DNA from: Anaerolineales bacterium
GTDB lineage: Bacteria; Chloroflexota; Anaerolineae; Anaerolineales; E44-bin32
Assembly (NCBI GenBank): GCA_034430425.1
Contig: DAOUEK010000077.1
Span: 281-64,280 of the forward strand
Length of the DNA: 64,000 nucleotides
Reading direction: 5' to 3'
Within the stretch, counting starts at the first letter, position 1, and each line of letters opens with the position of its first letter. Made by a program: the position numbers and the translations under genes. The notes beneath the pieces are model-generated. The model was not told the origin of the DNA, did not search any database, and worked only from the letters and a program-made list of their open reading frames with translations. Below are positions 8,683-18,369 of this stretch, in pieces.

Positions 8683-11265
8683 TTATAATGGAAGGGTGAA
8701 ATGAAAAGTGGAACCTTCGCCCTCGGAACTCTCAACCCAGATTTTTCCGGCGTGGGCCTCCACAGCGAGACGACAGAAAGCAAGACCAAGCCCCCTGCCC
8801 TTCGGCCTTCCTTCTCGGTGGATGCGTGCATACTTTTCGAAGATGCGTTTCTGATCTGCCGGAGGGATTCCGCCGCCGCTATCCTTTACACTGACGACAA
8901 TCTGCTTTTTCTCTTGTTTTGCAGAAATTCGGATGTTCCCGGCTGTACGCGTATATTTAATGGCATTCTCCAACAAGTTCGTTAATACTCTCAAGATCAA
9001 ATCGAAATCGATATCGGCCTCAGGTAATTGCGGTTTGATATTAACTTCCAGCGTATGCTCTTTAGCCTCGGCTATTGGTCGGACCTCTTCGACCGCATCT
9101 TTGATTAAATCCGAGATCGAGGTTTTCTGTTTATCAATGACAGCATCCCCCGCTTCGAGACGATCGAGATCGAGCAAGGATTCGATCAACCGCGAGGCGC
9201 GCCGACTTGATCGTTGGGCGATGGAGAGCACGGATTGAAAAGCCTCGTCTTCGTTCATTATCGACGATGTCTCCAAAACTTCGAGACTCGAAATTATGTT
9301 ACCGATCGGTGCACGCAAATCATGGAATATCATCGAGGTCAGATCAGAACGCAGCTGATCCAACTCAACGCGCTCCGAAACATCCCGCAGAATCCATTGG
9401 AATAATGGCTCTTTATCAATATCGATGCGTTTGACATGAATTTCAATGGGTAAAATCCGATCATCGCCCTGCACCGACGGGGTATCTGAGGCAAACGTCG
9501 CGCCAGGTTGAAGCTTTGCCAATTCTGTTTCAACTTGCTCCGCGTTGGGAATGTCCAAATCGAAAACCAATTTTTCCCGAAGTTCTTCCCGCGAGTGGCC
9601 GAGGAAACGTTCTGCGTGACGGTTTGCATCTTTAATGGAACCTTTCAAATCGGTGATTAACAAGGGATCGATACTGTCCTCAAATAAACTTGCGTAACGC
9701 TGCTGGGCGGACTGCGTCTCTGTGAAAAGCCGGGCGCGAAGAATTGCCGAACCTGCCAGGTACGCTATGCCCATGAGAAGATCGATTTGTTCCTCGCGAA
9801 AGAAATCACCTCGAGGATTGATCGCTTCCAGCACGCCGATTGTTTTCGACTCAGCCAGAATTGGAGCGGCGGCAATAATACGCGTTGTAAAACCCGTCTG
9901 TTTATCGATTTCAGGAAAGAAGCGTGAATCCTCTCTCACATCTTGAATCACGACCGGTTCATTATTTTCCACCACCCAACCTGCGATCCCCTGGCCGCGT
10001 TTCAATCGCAAACCGACCAAATGATCAGCCGCCTTTCCTCTCACGAATTTGAACTCCAGCGTGTCTGTGGCTTCGTCGAGTAAGGCGATCGAAGCCGCTT
10101 CTGCCTCCAGACTCGACAAGGTTCGCTGCAGAATTCGTTCAATCACTTCATCGATATTCAAACTTACGGTAACTTCCCGGGCAGTGTGCGCCAAAGCAGA
10201 AAGCGCCTGCACCCTGCGTTGACTCTCTGTGAATAGCTGCGTATTTGCCACCGCGGTTGCTGCCTGTTCCGCAAAAGCTGTGACCAGTTCCACCTCAGCG
10301 GGTCCAAATGCGCCGACGGTGTAGCTATCGACATTGATTACGCCTACAGCGCGATCACGGACAACCAACGGTGCGCCAATCCAACCCCGAATCTGTTCCG
10401 ATTCAGGATGATCGTCCCATCTTACCCAACGCTCGTCCAATTGTACATCGTCCAAACAGAGCGGTTCGATTGATTTCAGGACCGCCCCTGACAAACTGGC
10501 TGTCGTAATAGGCACCTTTAGACCGAGAACTGCATCTTCCTCCACAAACCCGCGGGTAGCAACAATTTTCAAACCATCCCCCTCAACCACAAAGATGCTG
10601 GCACTTTCGTAGGTGACAAGGCGTGCGAGTTGATCGAGAATCTGGGAGAAAACCTGTGCAGGATCGAGTGTCGCGTTGATCGTGCGTGCAATTTCTTGAA
10701 GCGTCGCTGCGAAACGCCGTCGTTCTTGTTCTGCGGCGAAAAGCCGAGCATTCTCAACCGCTATACTGGCCTGGTCGGCTATGGCTTGCAGCAAGGTCAA
10801 ATCATCCTCGCTGAAATAGCCTGTCTGGGAATGGACCATGGTTAATACGCCCACCACGCGGTCGCGCACAATCAAGGGGACACTGATCGCCGAGCGGCTT
10901 TCTTCATCCGCTTCAGCAGCGACTTGTTGCAGCCAACGCTTATCATCCAGGGTGCTTGAAACGAAGGCCGGCTCTCGATTCTCGAACACCCAACCGGCTA
11001 AACCTCGATCGAAGGGATCTTCAAGTAGTTCCGTTGAATGATCGATGACTTTTCCGTTGTAGAAGACTGCCCCTTCCGTCAAGTGACCACCTTCATCGAG
11101 CACGATGATGCTGCCACTGACTGCAGCCACTTTTTCGATCGTTAATTTTAAAATACGCTGCAAAAGTTCATCGAGATCCAGTTCCGATGTTAATTCGCGG
11201 CTAATGGAATATAAAAGCTCGAGAGAGGCTCGTGCTCGCTCTGTTGCAGGTAGTTTTGTTGTCAT
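8683..11265 (-). CDS. multi-GAF / PAS sensor histidine kinase
   Basis: Several GAF-like repeats and a PAS region. H-box MIFHDLRAPIGNI, N-box NLLENAIKYT, G-boxes DSGGGIPP and GRGLGLAFC. Confidence 0.9.
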   Translation of the reverse strand: MTTKLPATERARASLELLYSISRELTSELDLDELLQRILKLTIEKVAAVSGSIIVLDEGGHLTEGAVFYNGKVIDHSTELLEDPFDRGLAGWVFENREPAFVSSTLDDKRWLQQVAAEADEESRSAISVPLIVRDRVVGVLTMVHSQTGYFSEDDLTLLQAIADQASIAVENARLFAAEQERRRFAATLQEIARTINATLDPAQVFSQILDQLARLVTYESASIFVVEGDGLKIVATRGFVEEDAVLGLKVPITTASLSGAVLKSIEPLCLDDVQLDERWVRWDDHPESEQIRGWIGAPLVVRDRAVGVINVDSYTVGAFGPAEVELVTAFAEQAATAVANTQLFTESQRRVQALSALAHTAREVTVSLNIDEVIERILQRTLSSLEAEAASIALLDEATDTLEFKFVRGKAADHLVGLRLKRGQGIAGWVVENNEPVVIQDVREDSRFFPEIDKQTGFTTRIIAAAPILAESKTIGVLEAINPRGDFFREEQIDLLMGIAYLAGSAILRARLFTETQSAQQRYASLFEDSIDPLLITDLKGSIKDANRHAERFLGHSREELREKLVFDLDIPNAEQVETELAKLQPGATFASDTPSVQGDDRILPIEIHVKRIDIDKEPLFQWILRDVSERVELDQLRSDLTSMIFHDLRAPIGNIISSLEVLETSSIMNEDEAFQSVLSIAQRSSRRASRLIESLLDLDRLEAGDAVIDKQKTSISDLIKDAVEEVRPIAEAKEHTLEVNIKPQLPEADIDFDLILRVLTNLLENAIKYTRTAGNIRISAKQEKKQIVVSVKDSGGGIPPADQKRIFEKYARIHREGRPKGRGLGLAFCRLAVEAHAGKIWVESSEGEGSTFHFTLPL

Positions 11266-11572
11266 TCAGGCCACTTCAACCCTTCGGCAGCGGTTCCGGA
11301 CATTACCATTCTATACGCAGTCGATTGCGTTTACACCGTCGAGAAGGATTTGTGTACTTCTGCGAGTATAGCATAGGGATATATGCGGGCAAATAAAAAA
11401 ACCCCCATTTCTATAGTAAATAAGGCACAAGAAACAGGGGGGAAAGGGGGAATCGCAACCATTTTCAGACAATTATTTCGGGCAAATCCTTGAAACCCAT
11501 CCCGAAATATCTATCCGAAGTGAATCAGTTCAAAGCTAAAGCAGTCTGCCGAGAGTTGGAGAACAAAGGGCG

Positions 11573-11977
11573 TCATTCCCGTCTGCGCTCACGCTTGCTT
11601 TTCAGCTCTTCCCGGAAGACGAAGGATAAAATCAGGTTGACGATACCGACGACTAACGCGCCGAGAAACGCAGCCCACACCGAGTCGATGCTGTAGCCAA
11701 AACCCGGTGTGAAGGAATTTCCGATCCACCCTGTGAGCCAGAAGAGGAAGGTATTGATGATGAGTATGAACAACCCCATCGACAGTACGATTAACGAGCA
11801 ACTCAGCAATTTCAACAACGGGCTCAACACGTTATGTACCAGGGTGAAGACAAGCGCCATTCCCACGATCGCCAAACCGGTTGTATTCTCGGCATGGATA
11901 CCTGGAATCCATCCACTACCTACCGTCACGTAAAGCGCAACTATATTAATAGCCCAGCGCAGTGCAAAACGATTCAT
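11573..11977 (-). CDS. phage-holin-4_2 / YvlD-like small membrane protein
   Basis: 134 aa, four predicted TM segments. GWIGNSF...SVWAAFLGALVVGIVNLIL resembles the PF04020 (YvlD) family. Confidence 0.65.
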   Translation of the reverse strand: MNRFALRWAINIVALYVTVGSGWIPGIHAENTTGLAIVGMALVFTLVHNVLSPLLKLLSCSLIVLSMGLFILIINTFLFWLTGWIGNSFTPGFGYSIDSVWAAFLGALVVGIVNLILSFVFREELKSKRERRRE

Positions 11978-12061
11978 TCTTTTCTCCTCTACTTACAACC
12001 CCTCGGGCGCCCCGACTGCGATCGCATGTTCCGTATCGCTCGTACGGTGTTATTTGGGGAT

Positions 12062-12433
12062 TCACTCAATAAACAATTCAACGCGCTGCCCATCTTCCTC
12101 GTCCACGATATCCACAACCTTACCCATCAGGCCTTGATTCAAGGCATCGATCATCTCCTCCATGGCAACTTCTTGCTCGATGGAGGGCACGAAGCGCGCT
12201 CCCATCCGCAAACCCACATTGACCAGATCAATCGGCAGATTTACCTTGACGGATTCTTTGCCTGTTCGCAAATCGGTAATCCGAACGCGCAGCCAGCGCG
12301 CATCACCGGCCTGGATGGTCTGCTGCAATTTCTGTTTTACCAACGCAGAAAGCAGGCGCGCGCCTTCATCTGCGGAGATTTTCCCATCTTCAACCATCTT
12401 TAAGATTTTCATACGTTCATCTTTCGTAGCCAT
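12062..12433 (-). CDS. SHOCT-like domain protein (soluble paralog)
   Basis: N-terminal module DERMKILKMVEDGKISADEGARLLSAL. The C-terminal half is paralogous to the C-terminus of the next gene upstream. Good SD (AAGGAG) before the ATG. Confidence 0.65.
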   Translation of the reverse strand: MATKDERMKILKMVEDGKISADEGARLLSALVKQKLQQTIQAGDARWLRVRITDLRTGKESVKVNLPIDLVNVGLRMGARFVPSIEQEVAMEEMIDALNQGLMGKVVDIVDEEDGQRVELFIE

Positions 12434-12522
12434 AACTCACTCCTTACATGCATATCAACGGACCCATCAAATTTCCAATTCACGACTATTTTGCACGATT
12501 AGCAATTATATTCACCGATAAC

Positions 12523-13125
12523 TCAACCCATGTTGACTTCGATGTGCTCTCCGCTATCGCTATCCGTGATATCAACATAGATCGGAGGGCCTTGTGCCAG
12601 ATTGCTTTCCAATTCATCCAGCGCTAGCAGGATTTCATCGACATCGGTTCGATCGAGATGAGGCACATAGTGACCGAAATTTTTCAATCCCCATGTCGCC
12701 ATACGGATCGGGATCGGCAAGCCGATGGTGAACTTGTGCGAGCGGCTTACCTTATTATCGAAAATCCGTATCTGAGCCCAGGGAGACTGCATCGAAGCCA
12801 CACCCAGGAGGGCAAGCACAATCCCAGCCAACAGCAGCGGTCCTGCCAGCAACCACCACCATCCTCCCAATGTTGCCACACCCCAACCGAAGACCAGAAA
12901 TCCAAATCCGATGGCGAATAGAATCAACCACCAGGAACGAGTTCGCAGCTGATCTTCCGAAACAGACCAATCCGAATCCCTTTCCACGGGCGGAGTCTGT
13001 TCCATAAGCAGGCGCTCCGCCTCTTCAACATCGATTTGCCCCTGGTCCAGCTTTTGGAGGACATCCATCGCCTTTATCGACTCTCCTTCTGAATCCTTGT
13101 TGATCATTTCCTTATCGTTCGTCAT
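12523..13125 (-). CDS. SHOCT-like domain membrane protein (2 TM)
   Basis: N-terminal module VLQKLDQGQIDVEEAERLL, then two TM helices (WWLILFAIGFGFLVF, WWWLLAGPLLLAGIVLALL). The C-terminal domain is paralogous to 12062..12433. Confidence 0.65.
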   Translation of the reverse strand: MTNDKEMINKDSEGESIKAMDVLQKLDQGQIDVEEAERLLMEQTPPVERDSDWSVSEDQLRTRSWWLILFAIGFGFLVFGWGVATLGGWWWLLAGPLLLAGIVLALLGVASMQSPWAQIRIFDNKVSRSHKFTIGLPIPIRMATWGLKNFGHYVPHLDRTDVDEILLALDELESNLAQGPPIYVDITDSDSGEHIEVNMG

Positions 13126-13135
13126 TGTCTACTCC

Positions 13136-14407
13136 TCAATCTCCAGCAAGCATTTCTTGCGTTTGAACACTGCATCGTGCTTGCTGATTATTCTCTTGAA
13201 CTGAATGAATATTTTTAGCGGCCTTCAACATCCACCCCATGGCGATACCTGCGATGAGAACGATGGCACCAGCCAGCACAAACGTCTCCCGCAAACCAAC
13301 GGCTCCGGCAATCCATCCCGCCAAGCCCATTGAGATGAGATTCGTCAGCGAGGAGGCCATCTCCATAACCGATCCAGCTCGGCCCATGAGCCCTCGCGGG
13401 ATACCGCGCTGCAGCATTGTACTTAAACTTGCATTGAGGGGCGGCAGTGTAAATCCGACCAGCGGCATCGCCGCCACGATCAAACCCAGCGCCGGAGCCA
13501 TACCCGCCACTCCGATGCCCAAACCCAGTCCGATCATCGCCATGACAGCTATTCGCAGGGGTGACAAGCGCCTTCCCAGCGCGCCCATTAAAAGCGCACC
13601 GATCAGCATACCAACGCCCTGTACGGCCTCTATGCCGCCCAAACCAGCGGCTTTGACGTCAAATGCATCGCGAAGGTAGGGAACGAAGAGCACATTCACG
13701 GCACCAATCCCCAACATCGCAACGCCGATACCCAGCGTGATCCCTTGCAGCAAGCGGCTATTGAGTGCGAAGTGAAATCCTTCACGAAAATCCTGCCAGG
13801 TCGAATGTGAACTTTCCTGCGAACTCGCGACTCGCGTAACAACTCCACTGATTCCCAACAAGAGAAACGCGGAAACCAGGAAGCTCGCCGAATCGATCCA
13901 GAAGGCTGCCTGGGCACTCCACAATCCAATCACCAAACCTGCCAATGCTGGACCGGCGAGTCGGGCAATGGTGTTGCCCAACTGCATGGTGCCATTGGCG
14001 GACATGAGTTCATCATCCTCCACCAACGATGGAATTAATGCTGTACGGGCGGGGTAGAAGAAAACGCCAAATGAGGCCAGCAAGAATGCAGCCGCGATGG
14101 CGATGGGTAAATCCGCCGAAGATTGCAGCAGTAGATACGCCGGCGCAATCAGTGCGCGTGCGAGGTCGGATACAACCATCACCCGCTTTCGGTCCCAACG
14201 GTCCACCAGCGTTCCGGCAGCCAATCCCAGAAGCAATGTTGGCAGCGCATATGCAATCAGGACCAAACTCAACGCTTGCGCAGACTCACCCGGACTATTG
14301 GAAAGGTCATCGATGCGAATCGCGATTGCCAGGAAGCTGAAGGTATCACCAGCTGCTGAGATGACCTGAGCAAGCCAAAGTAGTTGAAAATTCTTCTTCC
14401 TAATCAT
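13136..14407 (-). CDS. MFS transporter
   Basis: 423 aa, about 12 TM segments, with an MFS-type N-terminus (LWLAQVISAAGDTFSFLAIAI) and a D-R-x-x-R-K-like loop (VDRWDRKRV). Confidence 0.85.
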   Translation of the reverse strand: MIRKKNFQLLWLAQVISAAGDTFSFLAIAIRIDDLSNSPGESAQALSLVLIAYALPTLLLGLAAGTLVDRWDRKRVMVVSDLARALIAPAYLLLQSSADLPIAIAAAFLLASFGVFFYPARTALIPSLVEDDELMSANGTMQLGNTIARLAGPALAGLVIGLWSAQAAFWIDSASFLVSAFLLLGISGVVTRVASSQESSHSTWQDFREGFHFALNSRLLQGITLGIGVAMLGIGAVNVLFVPYLRDAFDVKAAGLGGIEAVQGVGMLIGALLMGALGRRLSPLRIAVMAMIGLGLGIGVAGMAPALGLIVAAMPLVGFTLPPLNASLSTMLQRGIPRGLMGRAGSVMEMASSLTNLISMGLAGWIAGAVGLRETFVLAGAIVLIAGIAMGWMLKAAKNIHSVQENNQQARCSVQTQEMLAGD

Positions 14408-14470
14408 TCATTTCCTCTAATTTTTTTAAAACCCCTTGCATCCGATTTCAATACCGTTCAGAAAAAGCAT

Positions 14471-15472
14471 TCAAATATCCTTGATCGATGAGCCGTCTCG
14501 ATTTTTAAGTTCGCATTTCATCCAGGTCAAACAGCGCTTTTTCTTGAAACCCAAATCGATCAATTGGTTTTCTGCAACGCCGGATGGATATTCCAATTCG
14601 ATTCGCCCTCGGCGGATCGGAAGATCGGCCAACCCACAAACCAGCAAATCGCCTTCAATTTTTCCCTGCGCCTTCGGATCGACCACCAGCAGCATACGCC
14701 AGACATCGATTTCCGGGCTCCAGCGCAGGCTCAGGCTTCCCAGTAATTCGCCGTCCGCTTCCACGACCCAATGCCGATTTCCTCCCATGACGATCGAATC
14801 GAATAAACTGACTGCGCGGTATATGCTCGTTCCCAACGGATAAGGCCAGATCAATCCTTCCGGGTGAACGCGGCGCGCCAAACTCACTTGCGCCCGCCAC
14901 TCCTCCCGGGATCGCGGTCTGGCGAGGCCTTTTGAAACAGCGTGATACCTGCGTTTGTCGAATTGACCGACCCAAGTCGTGCGCGCTGCAATCGCTTCGA
15001 AACCAAGATCGGTGTACAGATCGTGCGCTCCCGGATTGCCGCTTTCCGTCTGCAGGAGCAGGACGCGACCTTTCTGCTCTTGCACGTAGGCGACACACGA
15101 CTGGACAAGCTGGCGGGCGATTCCCTGGCGCTGGAACTCCGGATGAACAGCAACGTTTACCATAATCCAACGACCCGGATGCCCGCCTACCGGCAACACA
15201 CTGGCATTGCCAACCAGGCGTCCTTCAGATTCCCAAACAAAACCATGCGGCCTGGCCGCAGGAGGCAACACGTAAAGACTCAGAAGCCAGCCAAACCAAC
15301 CCAATTGGCCGATTAACTTCATCCAACCCAGCATGCGTTTACTATCCGCTTCCAGGTTGCTGGAGAAGGCGACCTCGATCAACTCGGCCAGGGCGCGCAT
15401 ATCTCGCCTCGGATTCACCGGACGCAATCCGGTCGGTGAATTTGGAGATCGCCTTAGAATCGTTGCCGTCAC
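14471..15472 (-). CDS. GNAT-family N-acetyltransferase (two GNAT-like halves)
   Basis: Acetyl-CoA motif A VHPEFQRQGIARQLV. 4-nt overlap with the upstream gene. Confidence 0.75.
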   Translation of the reverse strand: MTATILRRSPNSPTGLRPVNPRRDMRALAELIEVAFSSNLEADSKRMLGWMKLIGQLGWFGWLLSLYVLPPAARPHGFVWESEGRLVGNASVLPVGGHPGRWIMVNVAVHPEFQRQGIARQLVQSCVAYVQEQKGRVLLLQTESGNPGAHDLYTDLGFEAIAARTTWVGQFDKRRYHAVSKGLARPRSREEWRAQVSLARRVHPEGLIWPYPLGTSIYRAVSLFDSIVMGGNRHWVVEADGELLGSLSLRWSPEIDVWRMLLVVDPKAQGKIEGDLLVCGLADLPIRRGRIELEYPSGVAENQLIDLGFKKKRCLTWMKCELKNRDGSSIKDI

Positions 15473-16581
15473 GCCTCACCCTCCAGGGCACTTAACAATT
15501 TTTCCGCTTCTTCAACATTGATTTTGCCTTGCTCGACCATCTGCAAAATCGTCATGCGCTCTTCTTCACTCACCACAACAGGCTTTGCCCCATACTTGCC
15601 AAGCGAAACGCGCACGTTTTTTCCATCAAAAGCGCTATTCAAGATAGCGCGCTTGCGCGCTTTTTCTGCTTTCTCACGAGCTTTGGAAACCGACTTGCGA
15701 ACACGCTCCCCGATTCGCTCGGCATCAAATGCAAAAGCCCCTTCCATGATAGCCCCTACACGAGCCTCCATTTCCGCTGCACTCGATTTTGCAGAACTCC
15801 TCATATCCGCAGCCCAATCATCCGCATAGCGCGTTTCGTACTGCCCAACGCTCAGCCACAAATCAGCTCCGGAGGTGAGTTCCACATCGCCTTGCCCATC
15901 TCCAAGTCGAAAGACGACTCCATCTTCAGCCTCTTCGAATTCTCCCGGCTCCACCAAAATCATCTCGCCACCCACGTTTGCACGCACATTCGCAGAGACG
16001 CCTTCCGGTATGTAGCATGAAAGGTCACCGCCAGTAACGACGCGTGAAACCACATCGGATTGGGGAACCACGGAAACGCTGGCATCGCCGCCAACCGAGG
16101 CATCCACGACACCCTTAACAGACTGGAGGAAAAGGTCGCCCCCAATCGCAGTGCAGCGCACCACCCCCTCCACCTTTTCAATGACTGCATCGCCACCTAC
16201 CTGCTCAACGTTGAGATCACCATCCATCTTTCGGACGGTTAGATCACCGCCCACCCACTGTATGTCCGCCTGACCAATCCGGCGTAATCCCAGATCACCC
16301 CCAACGCTCTGAATAACTACCGGTTCACACAAACCCGTCAGACGTGCATCCCCGCCGATTCGTTCGATTGTGACAGGGGTGGAAGCAGGCAGGTTGAGCA
16401 ACACCGCTGATCGTGCGGAAATCGAAATGATATCGCCATCCTGCACGACATTCAATTCACCATACTCGGGTGCTTGCGCTTCCAGATTCGATCCTTTCTG
16501 TCCGGAAATCCGCAAGTCTCCCCCAATCGATTCGATTTGTACGCTTGTATTCTCGCCAACATCCAGATTGATTTTTTCCAT
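15469..16581 (-). CDS. DUF4097/LiaX-YvlB-like beta-helix repeat protein with C-terminal SHOCT-like module
   Basis: Eight exact and two variant (I/V)GGDxxhxx repeats at about 17-20-aa spacing. C-terminus EERMTILQMVEQGKINVEEAEKLLSALEG. Confidence 0.7.
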   Translation of the reverse strand: MEKINLDVGENTSVQIESIGGDLRISGQKGSNLEAQAPEYGELNVVQDGDIISISARSAVLLNLPASTPVTIERIGGDARLTGLCEPVVIQSVGGDLGLRRIGQADIQWVGGDLTVRKMDGDLNVEQVGGDAVIEKVEGVVRCTAIGGDLFLQSVKGVVDASVGGDASVSVVPQSDVVSRVVTGGDLSCYIPEGVSANVRANVGGEMILVEPGEFEEAEDGVVFRLGDGQGDVELTSGADLWLSVGQYETRYADDWAADMRSSAKSSAAEMEARVGAIMEGAFAFDAERIGERVRKSVSKAREKAEKARKRAILNSAFDGKNVRVSLGKYGAKPVVVSEEERMTILQMVEQGKINVEEAEKLLSALEGEA

Positions 16582-16615
16582 CGCACTGTCCTCGATTTCT
16601 TGATCTTCAGAATTC

Positions 16616-16990
16616 TCAACTGCCTTCTAATAGCCGCATCGCATCCTCGGATGAGATTTGCCCATTCGCCAATTCATCCAAAATGCGATGACGCTCTTCA
16701 TCACTCAAGTGCTGCGGATCTGGCCCCACCGGAAATCCCATCGCGCGGATGACCTGCGTCAAGCGGCCACGCAAAGTTGGATAAGATAATCCCAACTCCT
16801 CCTCCATTCGGTTGAGTTTCCCCTCGCAACGAATGAAGGTCTCCACAAAAGACAACTCCTCCGCCGAAAGTCTCCCCAATCGCCCAACGCTGAAATGCCC
16901 TTCGATCGTTGTATCGCAGCTTCGGCAGTGATAACGTGTAATCGAAAGCGCTTCATTGCACACGGGGCATGTGGATAACATTGGGTTCAT
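16616..16990 (-). CDS. DUF2089-type zinc-ribbon/HTH putative regulator with C-terminal SHOCT-like module
   Basis: CPVCNEALSITRYHCRSCDTTIEGHF zinc ribbon plus an HTH (LGLSYPTLRGRL). C-terminus ERHRILDELANGQISSEDAMRLL. Start moved to the ATG at 16990, which has GGAGATGG upstream. Confidence 0.7.
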   Translation of the reverse strand: MNPMLSTCPVCNEALSITRYHCRSCDTTIEGHFSVGRLGRLSAEELSFVETFIRCEGKLNRMEEELGLSYPTLRGRLTQVIRAMGFPVGPDPQHLSDEERHRILDELANGQISSEDAMRLLEGS

Positions 16991-17087
16991 GGGTCCATCT
17001 CCATAGGATTCTTGTAACAACCGTTCGTTTTGCTCCCTTTCATCATCCGAGTTACATTGGATGATGAAAATCACGAAAAACTAAACG

Positions 17088-17194
17088 AAATATTGATATT
17101 TCTTATTCCTTATTCATAATTTCTCGGTTTATAACATAAATTTACGGTATATGTCAAGTCATATATTGATATTCTTTATATTTGCATCAATATT
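17088..17194. promoter_or_regulatory. AT-rich divergent promoter region with repeated TATTGATATT motif
   Basis: TATTGATATT occurs at 17091-17100 and 17164-17173 (73 bp apart). An inverted half TCAATATT lies at 17187-17194. The region sits between the DUF2089 regulator gene and the aminotransferase gene. Confidence 0.4.
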
Positions 17195-17298
17195 ATTGAA
17201 GTCGCGCTTTAACGTCGGGGAGAGTTGGCCGAATCTCCTATTTCTCCATGCATCTGTCTGATACAATCGGTCCCATCTTATGCGAGGGGAAAGAACGG

Positions 17299-18369
17299 AT
17301 GGCTAAATTATTCATTCCCGGCCCTACAACCGTTTCGGACGAAGTGCTCCAGGCGCAGTCGAAAGCCATGATCGGCCATCGCGGCCAGGAGTGTGCCGAT
17401 CTGATTGGACGCATTCAACCCGCGTTGAAAACCGTCTTCCAGACCATAAATCCTGTTTTCATCACCGCTTCCTCCGGAAGCGGGCTTCAGGAAGCGGCAC
17501 TGCGCAATTGCGTCGCCGAGCGGTTGTTAATCTGTGTTTGCGGCGCGTTTGGAGCGCGCTGGCATGCCGTAGCAGAGAGCAATGCCATTCCCGTCGACCG
17601 ACTCGACGCCACCTGGGGTGAACCCAACACCGCAGAGCAGGTTGTCGCGGCGCTGAAGCAGAAGAAATACGACGCGCTCGCCATTGTCCACAACGAGACA
17701 TCAACGGGCGTCGAGAATCCCATCGCAGAAATCGCCGCACAGGCGCGCGAAGTCAGCCCCGATCTGCTCATCCTGGTCGACGCCGTCTCGTCTGCCGCCG
17801 GCGTCGATATTCCTGTCGACGAATGGCAACTCGACGTGCTGCTGACATCCTCACAGAAATGTTTCGCTCTTCCGCCCGGGCTCGCCTTTGCGTCCGTCAG
17901 TGAGCAAGCATTCCAACGCGCCGAGACGATTCCGCATCGCGGCTGGTACTTCGATTTCCTGCTGCTCAAACGCTATTTGGAGCGCAACATGACACCCGCC
18001 ACGCCTGCGATTACCCTGCTCTATGCCCTCGAGACGCAGCTCGAGCGTATTTTCCAAGAAGGACTCCAGGCCCGGTTCGAACGCCATCTCCAGCTTGCAC
18101 AGCTGGCACAGTCCTGGGCGCAAGATCGCTTCGCCCTCTTCGCCAAGGAAGGCTACCGCTCGAAAACCGTCACAACGGTTCAAAACACACGCGGCATCGA
18201 CTTCAAGCAACTCAGCACTTTCCTGCAGGAACATGAAATGGTTCTCGCCAACGGCTATGGGGAACTCAAAGGCCAAACCTTCCGCATCGGGCACATGGGC
18301 GAAACGACAGTACCCGACCTGCAAGCACTGCTGGATCAGATTGACGCCTTTCTGACTTCACAGGCATGA
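17299..18369 (+). CDS. class V aminotransferase (alanine-glyoxylate / serine-pyruvate type)
   Basis: MAKLFIPGPTTV start with GAGGGGAAAG upstream. PLP-lysine context SSQKCFALPPGLAF. Confidence 0.85.
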   Translation: MAKLFIPGPTTVSDEVLQAQSKAMIGHRGQECADLIGRIQPALKTVFQTINPVFITASSGSGLQEAALRNCVAERLLICVCGAFGARWHAVAESNAIPVDRLDATWGEPNTAEQVVAALKQKKYDALAIVHNETSTGVENPIAEIAAQAREVSPDLLILVDAVSSAAGVDIPVDEWQLDVLLTSSQKCFALPPGLAFASVSEQAFQRAETIPHRGWYFDFLLLKRYLERNMTPATPAITLLYALETQLERIFQEGLQARFERHLQLAQLAQSWAQDRFALFAKEGYRSKTVTTVQNTRGIDFKQLSTFLQEHEMVLANGYGELKGQTFRIGHMGETTVPDLQALLDQIDAFLTSQA

